From Geobacter sp. UBA6151 (GTDB lineage Bacteria; Desulfobacterota; Desulfuromonadia; Geobacterales; Pseudopelobacteraceae): 24,000 nucleotides of DNA. The notes under the pieces are model-generated. The model saw only the letters and a list, made by a program, of their open reading frames with translations, did not search any database and was not told the origin of the DNA. How positions within the stretch are numbered: position 1 is the stretch's first letter; every line of letters begins with the position of its first letter. Positions 16,013-23,934 of this stretch are shown one piece after another. The stretch lies in NCBI GenBank assembly GCA_002423105.1, contig DIUT01000034.1, positions 1 through 24,000 of the forward strand, written 5' to 3'. The position numbers and the translations under genes are program-made.

Positions 16013-16819
16013 TCAATTGCCGTCCTCGGCTTCGAGTTTCAAGGTTGCGGAAAGGGTGTAGCGCTGTTCATTCCCGTCAACCGTGATCATGACCGGAATG
16101 CGCAGGGTCGTGAGTATTCCTGGCTCAAGAATGGTGTCAGGTGAAGCGTTTGCAGGCGTCGGCGTAGTTGCTTCATCAAGCGTTATGGCTGCGTTTTCAA
16201 CAGCAGGTGTACTGTCGGTGTCTAATTGCGTCTGCTGCTGTGCTCCATGCAGCGTACGCAACGATGCCATCACCTGACGCAAAAGATCTGCCAGTGCAGA
16301 TACTGCTCCCTCCTGGCTGTCGGCAGAGTTTGAAAATACCGGGATGCCGGTCAGCTCGGGCGCAAGGAGATCAAGCATCGTGGGTGGTTCATCCTCGTGG
16401 TCGGAGAGCACCACCATCGGCAGATTAGCGGTATTCTTGCCGTAACTGCCCAGCATTGCTCTGAGGTTGTTCAGGAGAGGCGTGAAGGTTGTTGGCGCAA
16501 GCGGACTTCCAGTAATCAGCGCAATGCCGTCCACCCCTTTGAGCAGCATTTTCCAGGTGCCGGGATTATCCACCTGGCCGGTCAGAGTATAGAGATGAAA
16601 GCAGACCCGGTAACCGTCAAGGCTGGAGGATTCAAAGGGGGTGTAGTCAAAAAACAGCAGAGTGTCCCCACCGGTGACCATGGTTTTCAAGGGACTGCAC
16701 AGTGATGGTTTTATCCGTCTATGGACAAAACGGAACAGCGAACCCTTGCCGCTGTCCGGAGGTCCGTACAGAACGATCTTTGCGTTTATTTCCCGTTTTG
16801 AATGATTGATGACAGCCAT
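16013..16819 (-). CDS. MglA-like Ras-superfamily GTPase paralogue with degenerate G1/G4 motifs and a C-terminal extension
   Basis: INHSKREINAKIVLYGPPDSGKG, DTLLFFDY, FHLYTLTGQ and LKGVDGI align by eye with MglA. ATG 16819 lies 10 nt after the upstream stop. The ORF-track N-terminus (to 16912) overlaps the upstream gene. Confidence 0.75.
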   Translation of the reverse strand: MAVINHSKREINAKIVLYGPPDSGKGSLFRFVHRRIKPSLCSPLKTMVTGGDTLLFFDYTPFESSSLDGYRVCFHLYTLTGQVDNPGTWKMLLKGVDGIALITGSPLAPTTFTPLLNNLRAMLGSYGKNTANLPMVVLSDHEDEPPTMLDLLAPELTGIPVFSNSADSQEGAVSALADLLRQVMASLRTLHGAQQQTQLDTDSTPAVENAAITLDEATTPTPANASPDTILEPGILTTLRIPVMITVDGNEQRYTLSATLKLEAEDGN

Positions 16820-16829
16820 GGTGTGCGGG

Positions 16830-17744
16830 TCACTTTTTCTTGGTGGCAAGCATTCGTCTTGCCTGGGTGGCGATGACGGAGGAGATGTTGCGGCTTTTGG
16901 CGTAAGCGGCAATATCTTTCTCGCTCATGGTTCCCAGAAAACGTAAAGCGTGGGCCAAGGGGGTTTTTGTGTTTTCAACCAGCGCTTTGCGGATCTGGTA
17001 GTTCTTCACCCACTCCTTATTGGCGCAGATGATACGGATGATTTCGTCGTTCTGAACAGATGACTTGAGGATGGTCAGGACTTCCGGTTCGGTTAGGCGG
17101 GGATTTTTCAACACTCCGCTGCTGACCAGCTTGTTGGAGTCCTTGACCAGTATCTTGCGCCACTCCTTGTCGCCGGTCAGAGCCGTCTTGATCTTTTCGG
17201 CGATACCGAGGCTCTGGGCCAGCTGATATTTACTGAGATGTTCTTCGCTTTCCTCGTCCTCTTCTTCACCGGTTTCTTCGGCAGCGGATTCCATCTCCTC
17301 TGCCGCAGGCTCCTGTTCCACGTCACCATGCTCTACTGCCTCAGGTTCTTCCTGGACAACAACAGCAGGGGTTTCCGCTGCACCGGGCTGTTCCAGGATG
17401 GCGCGTGTCGCATCGCTCAGACACGGATGCCCAAGCAGCAGGCTGCGCACAAAGGGGCGTTTGCCCGCGCCGTGCGCTATTGTGTGCAGGAGGGAGGGGT
17501 GCAGATCGTCCCAGCCGTTCAAGGCTGAAAAAAGTTCGTCGCTCAGGGAGGCCAGGGTGTGCAGCGCGCGTTGCCGTACTTCGGGAACTGCATCCTGGCA
17601 GAGACAGAACAATAGCAGTATCTGGCGCCTGGGGGGGAGGGTAGAAACTCCATCCGCCCCCCGCAGGCGTTCATCAAGTGCTGTTCCGGGCCGGACAAAG
17701 GCAGCTACTTCCGAGGGTATGGTGATCCTGACCGGAGCTGCCAT
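16830..17744 (-). CDS. Hypothetical acidic alpha-helical repeat protein (HEAT/LRV-like by eye)
   Basis: The 304-aa product has a central poly-acidic linker (EEPEAVEHGDVEQEPAAEEMESAAEETGEEEDEESEE). The C-terminus has repeats such as LKNPRLTEPEVLTILK and LVENTKTPLAHALRFL. Spacing to both neighbours is tight (9 and 10 nt). Confidence 0.6.
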   Translation of the reverse strand: MAAPVRITIPSEVAAFVRPGTALDERLRGADGVSTLPPRRQILLLFCLCQDAVPEVRQRALHTLASLSDELFSALNGWDDLHPSLLHTIAHGAGKRPFVRSLLLGHPCLSDATRAILEQPGAAETPAVVVQEEPEAVEHGDVEQEPAAEEMESAAEETGEEEDEESEEHLSKYQLAQSLGIAEKIKTALTGDKEWRKILVKDSNKLVSSGVLKNPRLTEPEVLTILKSSVQNDEIIRIICANKEWVKNYQIRKALVENTKTPLAHALRFLGTMSEKDIAAYAKSRNISSVIATQARRMLATKKK

Positions 17745-17753
17745 TGCGTGCTT

Positions 17754-18770
17754 CTATTCCAGCACCGGTGAGCCGGAAACAGCGGTTTTTACCTTTTTCA
17801 GCGCAGCCTCGGCTGCGGTGCGGTCGGTAAATGTTCCGGCGGTCAGCTTTCTGGATGAGATTTGGACCGTGGTTTTTTGCACGCTAACCTTGATTCCCGA
17901 TGCCGCCAATCGTTGCTGCTCTGACTGGGCTCCGGAAAGCAGGGCATAGGAGCCGGCAAAAACCTCATGTTTGTCGCCCTTTTGCACCATGAAGCCGTCG
18001 CCTGTCTGGCGTTTCAGCATTTCAACCGCCTTTTGCGCTTCGGCCTTGTCCGCGAATGCGCCGTACTGAAGACGATGCATGGCTGCCGGTTTCTTTGGTC
18101 CCATGGTCATAGTTGGGGTCAGGCCTGCTTTTTTGAGCTTTGCCATATCTTCCGCAAGTTTTCCCTCAACCGTGTATAAACCAACCACCAAGGTCCAGGG
18201 GCCGCTGCCCTTGGGCACTTTTGCGGTCTTTGGTGACGCCGGTTTTGACGCAACAGCTTGCTTGTCCGCTGTCTGTGCCGGGGCAGGCTTGCCAACTGCC
18301 GGAGCTGTGCTGGTCTTGGCAGGAGTTGCTGCGGCAGGCTGGGCGGCCTTTGTGGCAGGAACAGTGGCGGCCGACTGCTTTGCTTCAGGTTTGGCAGCTG
18401 ATGCAACAGGTGGCGCTGCCGGTTTGGCGGGGCTTACTGCCGGGGAAGCCGGGGCCGGTTTTGCAGCAGCCATCGGCGCTGCAGGTGGTGTGCCTGGTTT
18501 TGCCGGTTCCGCTGGCATAACCGATGTCTGTGGTTGAACTTCGCCTTTGGGTGGTAGTGGTTGTTTGACCACTTGCGGCGGAGTTGGCGGTTTCGGTGGA
18601 GACTCCTGGGGCCGTATCAGGCCGGTGAAAAAGTACAGGTAGCCGACAATGCCCAGCAGCAGCAACAGCAGAACCAGCAGCGTTGTCTGCCGTCCCTTGT
18701 CCTGCTGTCCCTGATCTTCCGGCGGAGTACCGGCGTCATCTGCCGGTTTCTTGTTGAATTTAAATTCCAT
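17754..18770 (-). CDS. SPOR domain-containing membrane protein (N-terminal TM, Pro/Ala-rich linker, two SPOR-like repeats)
   Basis: An SD (GGAGG) precedes the ATG. The TM helix is LLVLLLLLLGIVGYLYFF, followed by a long PA-rich low-complexity region. The C-terminal SPOR-like segments are WTLVVGLYTVEG...LQYGAFADKAEAQKAV... and AGSYALLSGAQSEQQRL...AGTFTDRTAAEAA. Confidence 0.8.
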   Translation of the reverse strand: MEFKFNKKPADDAGTPPEDQGQQDKGRQTTLLVLLLLLLGIVGYLYFFTGLIRPQESPPKPPTPPQVVKQPLPPKGEVQPQTSVMPAEPAKPGTPPAAPMAAAKPAPASPAVSPAKPAAPPVASAAKPEAKQSAATVPATKAAQPAAATPAKTSTAPAVGKPAPAQTADKQAVASKPASPKTAKVPKGSGPWTLVVGLYTVEGKLAEDMAKLKKAGLTPTMTMGPKKPAAMHRLQYGAFADKAEAQKAVEMLKRQTGDGFMVQKGDKHEVFAGSYALLSGAQSEQQRLAASGIKVSVQKTTVQISSRKLTAGTFTDRTAAEAALKKVKTAVSGSPVLE

Positions 18771-18782
18771 AAACTGCCTCCA

Positions 18783-20867
18783 TTACTCTTTCTTGGATGC
18801 CTGGGCCTCGGCGATCACCTTCTGGGCCAGGTGGGTCGGCACCTCTTCATAGTGCGAAAATTCGGTGCTGAACAGGCCGCGGTCACTGGTCATGGACTTC
18901 AGGTCATTGGAGTATGCCAGTACCTCGGACATCGGCACAACTGCCTTTATGGACTGGGAGTGGGCCTTCGGCTCCACACCCACCACCTTGCCCCGCCGCG
19001 AGTTCAGATCGCCGATCACGTCTCCCATGTTTTCGTCAGGTACGGTGACGGTCAGGTTGACTATCGGTTCCAACAGCACCGGCTTGCACTGCTCCATCGC
19101 TTTTTTGAAGGCCATGGAACCGGCCACCTTGAAAGCCATCTCAGAGGAGTCAACCGTGTGGAATGAACCATCATACAGTGCCACCCTGAAGTCCACCACC
19201 GGGTAGTCGGCCAGGAAACCGTCGGCAGCGGCCTCCTGAATCCCCTTGTCCACGGCCGGGATGTACTGGCGGGGGATGACGCCGCCCACGATCTTGTCTT
19301 CGAAGATATACCCATCGCCTCGACCGGTGGGGCTCAGTTCAATCCAGCAATCGCCATACTGACCTTTGCCGCCGGATTGCTTCTTGTACTTGCCCTGCAC
19401 CTTTGCCGAACCGCGTATCGTCTCGAAATAGGGTACCTTGGGGGTTTTCAGCAGCACTTCCACGTTGAACTTGCGCTTCATCTTCTCCACGATCACGTCC
19501 AGGTGCACCTGGCCCAGGCCGGAGATGATGAACTCCTTGGTCTGGGTATCGCGGTGGGATTCAAGGGTCGGTTCTTCCTCGATCATCCGGTGCAGGGCGT
19601 TGTGGATTTTGTCCTCATCGGCCTTGGTTTTGGGCTCAATGGCATAGGAGATGACCGGCAGTAATTGCCTGGCCTGCTCATAAATGATCGGATTGTTGGG
19701 GTCGCAGAGGGTGTCGCCGGTCACGGTCTCCTTCAGCTTGGCAACTGCCACGATATCGCCGGCAAAGGCCTGCTTGACCGGCTTCTGCTTCTTGCCCTCC
19801 AACTCGTAGATCTGGCCGATCCGTTCTTCGGTTCCCTTGGTGGAGTTATAGATGGTGGAGTCGGAATTGAGCGTGCCGGAGTAGATGCGGAAGACGGTGA
19901 TCTTGCCGGTGTAGGGGTCGGAGGTGGTTTTGAAGACCAGCGCTGAAAACGGCTCTTTCTCATCCGGGCCACGATCAATCAGCTCCTTGGTTTTGGGGTG
20001 GGTGCCCACCGCTCTGGTGCGGTCAAGGGGAGAAGGCAGAAAATCACAGACCGCGGCAAGCAACTGGGTGACGCCGATATTCTGGGTTGCGGAGCCGCAC
20101 AGTACCGGGGTGAACGTGTTACGCATGGTGCCCACCCGCAAACCGTCCAGTATCTCTTCTTCGCTCAGCTCACCGTTTTCCAGGTATTTTTCCGTCAGGG
20201 CGTCGTAGGCTTCAGCAACAATTTCCACCATATGTTCCCGCAGGCGCTGCGCCTCTTCCTGCAGATCAGCCGGTATTGCCGTCTCTTCACATTTGCCTGA
20301 GCCGTCCTTGGCATATTTGCAGGCTTTCATCCGGATCAGGTCGATAACGCCTTCAAAGTTGTCTTCAGCGCCGATCGGCATCTGAATAGCCACGCCGCGG
20401 GCGCCAAGGGACGTTTCCATATCGTCGATAGCGCGCAGAAAGCTGGCCCGCTCTTTGTCCATCTTGTTCACAAAGGCGATGCGCGGAATCTCGAACTCGT
20501 TGGCCCAGGCCCAGACCTCCTCGGTCTGTACCTTAACCCCTGAAATGGCTGACAGAATAACTACGGCACAGTCAAGGGAGCGCATGCAGGCGCGGGTGTC
20601 TCCGATAAAGTCTCCGTAACCGGGGGTATCCACGAAGTGTATGGAGTGTGCTTGCCACTCGCAATGATCAAAGGAGGAGGTAATGGATATCTTGCGCTTG
20701 ATCTCCTCCGGTTCGAAATCCATGGTGGAGGTGCCGTCGTCAACCCGGCCAAGACGGTCAATCATGCCGGTGTTGAACAGGATCGCTTCCGCCAGGGACG
20801 TTTTGCCGGCCCCGCCGTGTGCCACAATCCCCAGGTTACGGATCTTTTCGGTTGGATAGGTTCCCAT
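18783..20867 (-). CDS. fusA: Elongation factor G paralogue (EF-G2-like translational GTPase)
   Basis: An SD (AAGGAGG) precedes the ATG. The G-domain has AHGGAGKTS, DTPGYGDF and NKMD. Full five-domain EF-G length (694 aa) is present. The P-loop context differs from canonical AHIDAGKTT. Confidence 0.93.
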   Translation of the reverse strand: MGTYPTEKIRNLGIVAHGGAGKTSLAEAILFNTGMIDRLGRVDDGTSTMDFEPEEIKRKISITSSFDHCEWQAHSIHFVDTPGYGDFIGDTRACMRSLDCAVVILSAISGVKVQTEEVWAWANEFEIPRIAFVNKMDKERASFLRAIDDMETSLGARGVAIQMPIGAEDNFEGVIDLIRMKACKYAKDGSGKCEETAIPADLQEEAQRLREHMVEIVAEAYDALTEKYLENGELSEEEILDGLRVGTMRNTFTPVLCGSATQNIGVTQLLAAVCDFLPSPLDRTRAVGTHPKTKELIDRGPDEKEPFSALVFKTTSDPYTGKITVFRIYSGTLNSDSTIYNSTKGTEERIGQIYELEGKKQKPVKQAFAGDIVAVAKLKETVTGDTLCDPNNPIIYEQARQLLPVISYAIEPKTKADEDKIHNALHRMIEEEPTLESHRDTQTKEFIISGLGQVHLDVIVEKMKRKFNVEVLLKTPKVPYFETIRGSAKVQGKYKKQSGGKGQYGDCWIELSPTGRGDGYIFEDKIVGGVIPRQYIPAVDKGIQEAAADGFLADYPVVDFRVALYDGSFHTVDSSEMAFKVAGSMAFKKAMEQCKPVLLEPIVNLTVTVPDENMGDVIGDLNSRRGKVVGVEPKAHSQSIKAVVPMSEVLAYSNDLKSMTSDRGLFSTEFSHYEEVPTHLAQKVIAEAQASKKE

Positions 20868-20898
20868 GCACAGCCTCCTTGTTTGCGTGGTATGTTGT

Positions 20899-21678
20899 TC
20901 AGATGCCGGTAATTAAGCTGTTCCGTTCAAACAAAATCCTCAATCCGTCAAGGGTCAGAAATTCGTCAACCTCGTCAATGGTCCGCGATTCCGGAGCAAT
21001 CAAGGTTGCCAGGCCGCCGGTGGCGATTACTCTGGGCTGGTCTTTGCTTTCGCTTTTGATCCGTTCCACGATGCCGTCAACCAGGCCGACATAGCCATAA
21101 TACATGCCGGACTGCATGGAGTTGACGGTGTTTTTGGCAATAACCTGGGGAGGTCGGGCGATATCAACCCTGGGCAATTTGCTGGCTCGCTGGAACAATG
21201 CCTCAATGGAGATGGCCAGGCCGGGGGCGATGGCGCCGCCGCAATACTCGCCTTTGCCGTTAACGTAGTCGAAGGTGGTGGCGGTGCCGAAATCGACAAT
21301 AACCAGAGCGCAGTGGTGTTTCTCGTAGCCGGCAACCGCGTTAACAATGCGATCGGCCCCCACCTCGCGCGGGTTATCGTACTGGATCTGCATGCCGGTT
21401 TTGACACCCGGTCCTACCACCAGCGGCGTTACGGCAAAGAAATCGCGGCAGAGCGCCTCAAGGACGCCGGTCAGGGGAGGAACAACCGACGAGATGATGA
21501 TGGCCTTGATACAGCCGCAGGTAAGATTTTCAAGGGAAAACAACGTGTGCAGCAGTACCCCGTATTCATCGGAGGTGCGGGATTTGTCAGTGGATATGCG
21601 CCAGTGCCGGACAAGTTTCCGGTCATCGTAGATGCCCAGCACGATGTTGCTGTTACCGACGTCAATGACCAGAAGCAT
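20899..21678 (-). CDS. coaX: Type III pantothenate kinase
   Basis: [29 protein letters not shown] and ATGGLA are ASKHA motifs typical of CoaX. The upstream in-frame ATG at 21696 is an alternative start. Confidence 0.92.
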   Translation of the reverse strand: MLLVIDVGNSNIVLGIYDDRKLVRHWRISTDKSRTSDEYGVLLHTLFSLENLTCGCIKAIIISSVVPPLTGVLEALCRDFFAVTPLVVGPGVKTGMQIQYDNPREVGADRIVNAVAGYEKHHCALVIVDFGTATTFDYVNGKGEYCGGAIAPGLAISIEALFQRASKLPRVDIARPPQVIAKNTVNSMQSGMYYGYVGLVDGIVERIKSESKDQPRVIATGGLATLIAPESRTIDEVDEFLTLDGLRILFERNSLITGI

Positions 21679-21863
21679 CCCAGGCAAGCCTCGCATCTTT
21701 TCTCGAAAATACGCGCCATACTCACGCAGATGGCGACGTCAACAACCCTGTGTTTCAGGCTGCTGTCCACCGTAGAATGGTGTACGTGTATACCATAGCT
21801 CAAACAGCGTATCAACCGCAAAACCGCCCCTGTTATCCAGCTTCGCGCGCCGCCAATAAACGA

Positions 21864-21892
21864 TTGACGGTCTTTCCTGGCGGCTGTATAGT
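21864..21892 (+). promoter_or_regulatory. Candidate sigma70-type promoter of the cytochrome gene
   Basis: TTGACG (21864-21869), a 17-nt spacer and TATAGT (21887-21892) lie about 50 nt upstream of the ATG at 21941. Confidence 0.55.
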
Positions 21893-21940
21893 GGCGCGTC
21901 AAATTCTGTAATTTCATCACGGTAGACAGGAGCGGAAATA

Positions 21941-22966
21941 ATGATCAGAAGAGTGGGTCTGTATGGTGTGCTGCTGCTATTGCTTATGGCCGGAAACGTG
22001 CTGGCTGTCGAAACCAAGGATATCAGATTCTCCTTCAAAAGCGCCGAGCCGGTGGTTTTCAGCCATGCCTTGCACCTGGAGAAGTACCGTAATAATTGCC
22101 GCATTTGCCACAACACCCTCTATGACTTGCGTAGCCGTAAAAACTTTACCATGGCTGAGATGGAGAAAGGCAAGTCCTGTGGTGCCTGCCACACCGGCGC
22201 AAGGGCGTTTAGCGTAGCCACCGAGAAAGACTGCTCACGCTGCCACCAGGGCAAGCCGCGGGAGGTTGCCTACAAGCTCAAGGGCTTGGGAGAGACGACC
22301 TTCAGCCATGCCACGCATATCGCCAAGACCGGCGGAGCCTGTAAAAGCTGCCACAACGGCAAGGTTATCACCGGCAAGGAAAAGCGGGTAACCATGGCGG
22401 AAATGGAAAAGGGCAGAACCTGTGGCGCCTGTCACAACGGCAAGCCCACCTTTACCGTGGCTGGCAACTGTAATCGCTGCCACAAGGGGCTGAAGCCGAA
22501 AGATATCAACTTTGCCGCCAAGGGGGTTACGCCAGCCCAATTCAGCCATGACTTCCATACCCAGGTGTACAAGTGCACCGACTGCCACAGCAAGGTGTTC
22601 CAGTACCGCAAGTCCCCCGGCGTAGTGAGTATGGCCGAGATGGAAAAGGGCAAGTCCTGTGGTGTCTGTCATACCGGTAAAGACGCCTTCTCCGTGGCCG
22701 GAGATTGCGCCAAGTGCCACAAGGGACTGAAAACCGGCACGGTGACCTACAAGATCGACATCGGCGATGCCAAGTTCAGCCATGAATTCCATACCCAGGT
22801 GTACAAGTGTGCTGACTGCCATACCAAGGTCTTCCAGTACAAGGCGTTTTCCAGCAAGGCCAGCATGGCCGACATGCAAAAGGGCAAATCCTGCGGCGCC
22901 TGCCACAACAAGGACAAAGAGGCCTTCTCTGTCGCCGGTGACTGCGACAAATGCCACAATATGTAG
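21941..22966 (+). CDS. Secreted dodecahaem c-type cytochrome made of four c7-like triheme modules
   Basis: An SD (AGGAG) precedes the ATG. The signal peptide is MIRRVGLYGVLLLLLMAGNVLA. There are 12 CxxCH motifs in four roughly 78-aa repeats, each with FSH..H, MAEMEKGKSCGACH and a terminal C..CH. This is the same architecture as the Geobacter c7-polymer cytochromes such as GSU1996. Confidence 0.93.
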   Translation: MIRRVGLYGVLLLLLMAGNVLAVETKDIRFSFKSAEPVVFSHALHLEKYRNNCRICHNTLYDLRSRKNFTMAEMEKGKSCGACHTGARAFSVATEKDCSRCHQGKPREVAYKLKGLGETTFSHATHIAKTGGACKSCHNGKVITGKEKRVTMAEMEKGRTCGACHNGKPTFTVAGNCNRCHKGLKPKDINFAAKGVTPAQFSHDFHTQVYKCTDCHSKVFQYRKSPGVVSMAEMEKGKSCGVCHTGKDAFSVAGDCAKCHKGLKTGTVTYKIDIGDAKFSHEFHTQVYKCADCHTKVFQYKAFSSKASMADMQKGKSCGACHNKDKEAFSVAGDCDKCHNM

Positions 22967-22990
22967 CAGCCTGAAGCAATATAATGAAAA

Positions 22991-23020
22991 GGCGCCCGTC
23001 ATGTGACGGGCGCCTTTTTT
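22991..23020 (+). terminator. Rho-independent terminator of the cytochrome gene
   Basis: A perfect 10-bp GC-rich stem GGCGCCCGTC / GACGGGCGCC has loop ATGT. It is followed by TTTTTT, 25 nt after the stop codon. Confidence 0.85.
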
Positions 23021-23077
23021 AGTTGGTGCACCAGGTGTGGCGCGTAGCACCTTCATTGGCAAGTTCCGAGTCCCTAA
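23021..23077 (-). repeat. Miniature (internally deleted) remnant of the MITE-like repeat
   Basis: ATTGGCAAGTTCCGAGTCCCTAA (23055-23077) matches the reverse complement of the copy-1 left terminus at 22 of 23 nt. Upstream AGTTGG..TGCACCAG and GCGTAGC resemble the other terminus and the core. Confidence 0.5.
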
Positions 23078-23298
23078 GGGTTTCCCCCAGTAGACAGCCA
23101 CTTCTCAGTTGTCGTAAAGTCCCAGACGCTGCACTGTCCGTTACATGTTGTTACATAACGTCGCATTTCGTGGATTTACATTGCTTAGTAATAATTTATA
23201 GTGCAGTTCGATAATTAAGTAAGAAGCGACCATAGCCTTTCGTTTGACGTCATATCTGATTTAATCATTTAATCACAAAACACAAATAAAGAGGGTTC

Positions 23299-23934
23299 TT
23301 GCTCTATGAGTTTTCTGCTGCTCACTCTGTATGGTGGCTGATAATGACCTGCATCTCTGTCATATCAAGTGTCTTTCTTGTGCTGCTGTTGTCGGTATGC
23401 TTTGTTCCCGGGCAACTGTCGGCAGAGCAAAGGAAGGTGACAGATAACGACGGATCCGGATACGTCATACAGATGGGCGCGTTCAGAGAACAAAAAGCCG
23501 CTCAACAGACGATAAGCCGATTGCGCTCTAAAGGCATCGAAGTCTTTATGACTCGCAAGGACAACGGCATGTATGTTGTGCTCTCTCAAAGCTTTACAGC
23601 CAGGAGTAACGCCCGTGACCTTGCTGTATGGTTAGTGACGAGCAAGTTGATCGACACCTATTTTATTACGGCCACGCCGGGAAAGGCTTTCTCCGGGAAT
23701 TCTGCAGGCCATGCAGAGCTTACGGCGCTTGCCCGTGATCATTTGCGTAGTGATCGTTATGAAGCGGCGTACAAATGCTTTTCCGAACTCAACCGGCTGG
23801 AACCCGAACAGGTAGATCATGTGACAGGGATGATTTACGCCCTGGCAGGGATGAAGGAGTTTGAAAAAGCGATGGAGCTGGCCCCCGCAGTGAATTCATT
23901 CTTCTATAAAAAGCTTCCGGTTTCGCAAGAATGA
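23299..23934 (+). CDS. SPOR domain-containing protein with signal/TM segment and TPR-like C-terminus
   Basis: GYVIQMGAFREQKAAQQTISRLRSKGIEVFMTRKDNGMYVVLSQSF is SPOR-like. The hydrophobic segment is ISVISSVFLVLLLSVCFV. The start is either TTG 23299 (SD AGAGGG) or ATG 23344. GC is lower than the rest of the window. Confidence 0.7.
   Translation: MLYEFSAAHSVWWLIMTCISVISSVFLVLLLSVCFVPGQLSAEQRKVTDNDGSGYVIQMGAFREQKAAQQTISRLRSKGIEVFMTRKDNGMYVVLSQSFTARSNARDLAVWLVTSKLIDTYFITATPGKAFSGNSAGHAELTALARDHLRSDRYEAAYKCFSELNRLEPEQVDHVTGMIYALAGMKEFEKAMELAPAVNSFFYKKLPVSQE

Noticed and set aside
16820-16912. N-terminal extension of the MglA-like ORF (MPLTPKAATSPPSS...)
   Set aside because: It overlaps the 3' end of the upstream gene. 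Homology to MglA begins at the internal ATG 16819 (MAVINHSKREIN...).
17967-18537. Several 70-152-aa plus-strand ORFs
   Set aside because: They lie antisense to the Pro/Ala-rich linker of the SPOR protein. They are low-complexity Gly/Ala translations of the complementary strand.
21697-21940. c-di-GMP/cGAMP (GEMM-I) riboswitch upstream of the cytochrome gene, as seen for some Geobacter cytochromes
   Set aside because: With the predicted promoter at 21864-21892 the leader is only about 45 nt. No GEMM-like conserved GGCAAACC...GGACGCAAAGCC segments were seen.
22235-23101. 288-aa ORF on the minus strand
   Set aside because: It lies antisense to the 12-haem cytochrome gene and runs through its terminator. 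Its repetitive product merely mirrors the cytochrome's internal repeats.
23306-23341. 11-codon upstream ORF (MSFLLLTLYGG) ending 2 nt before ATG 23344
   Set aside because: It has no SD of its own and overlaps the alternative TTG-initiated frame of the SPOR gene. It is most likely a by-product of start-codon ambiguity, not a leader peptide.
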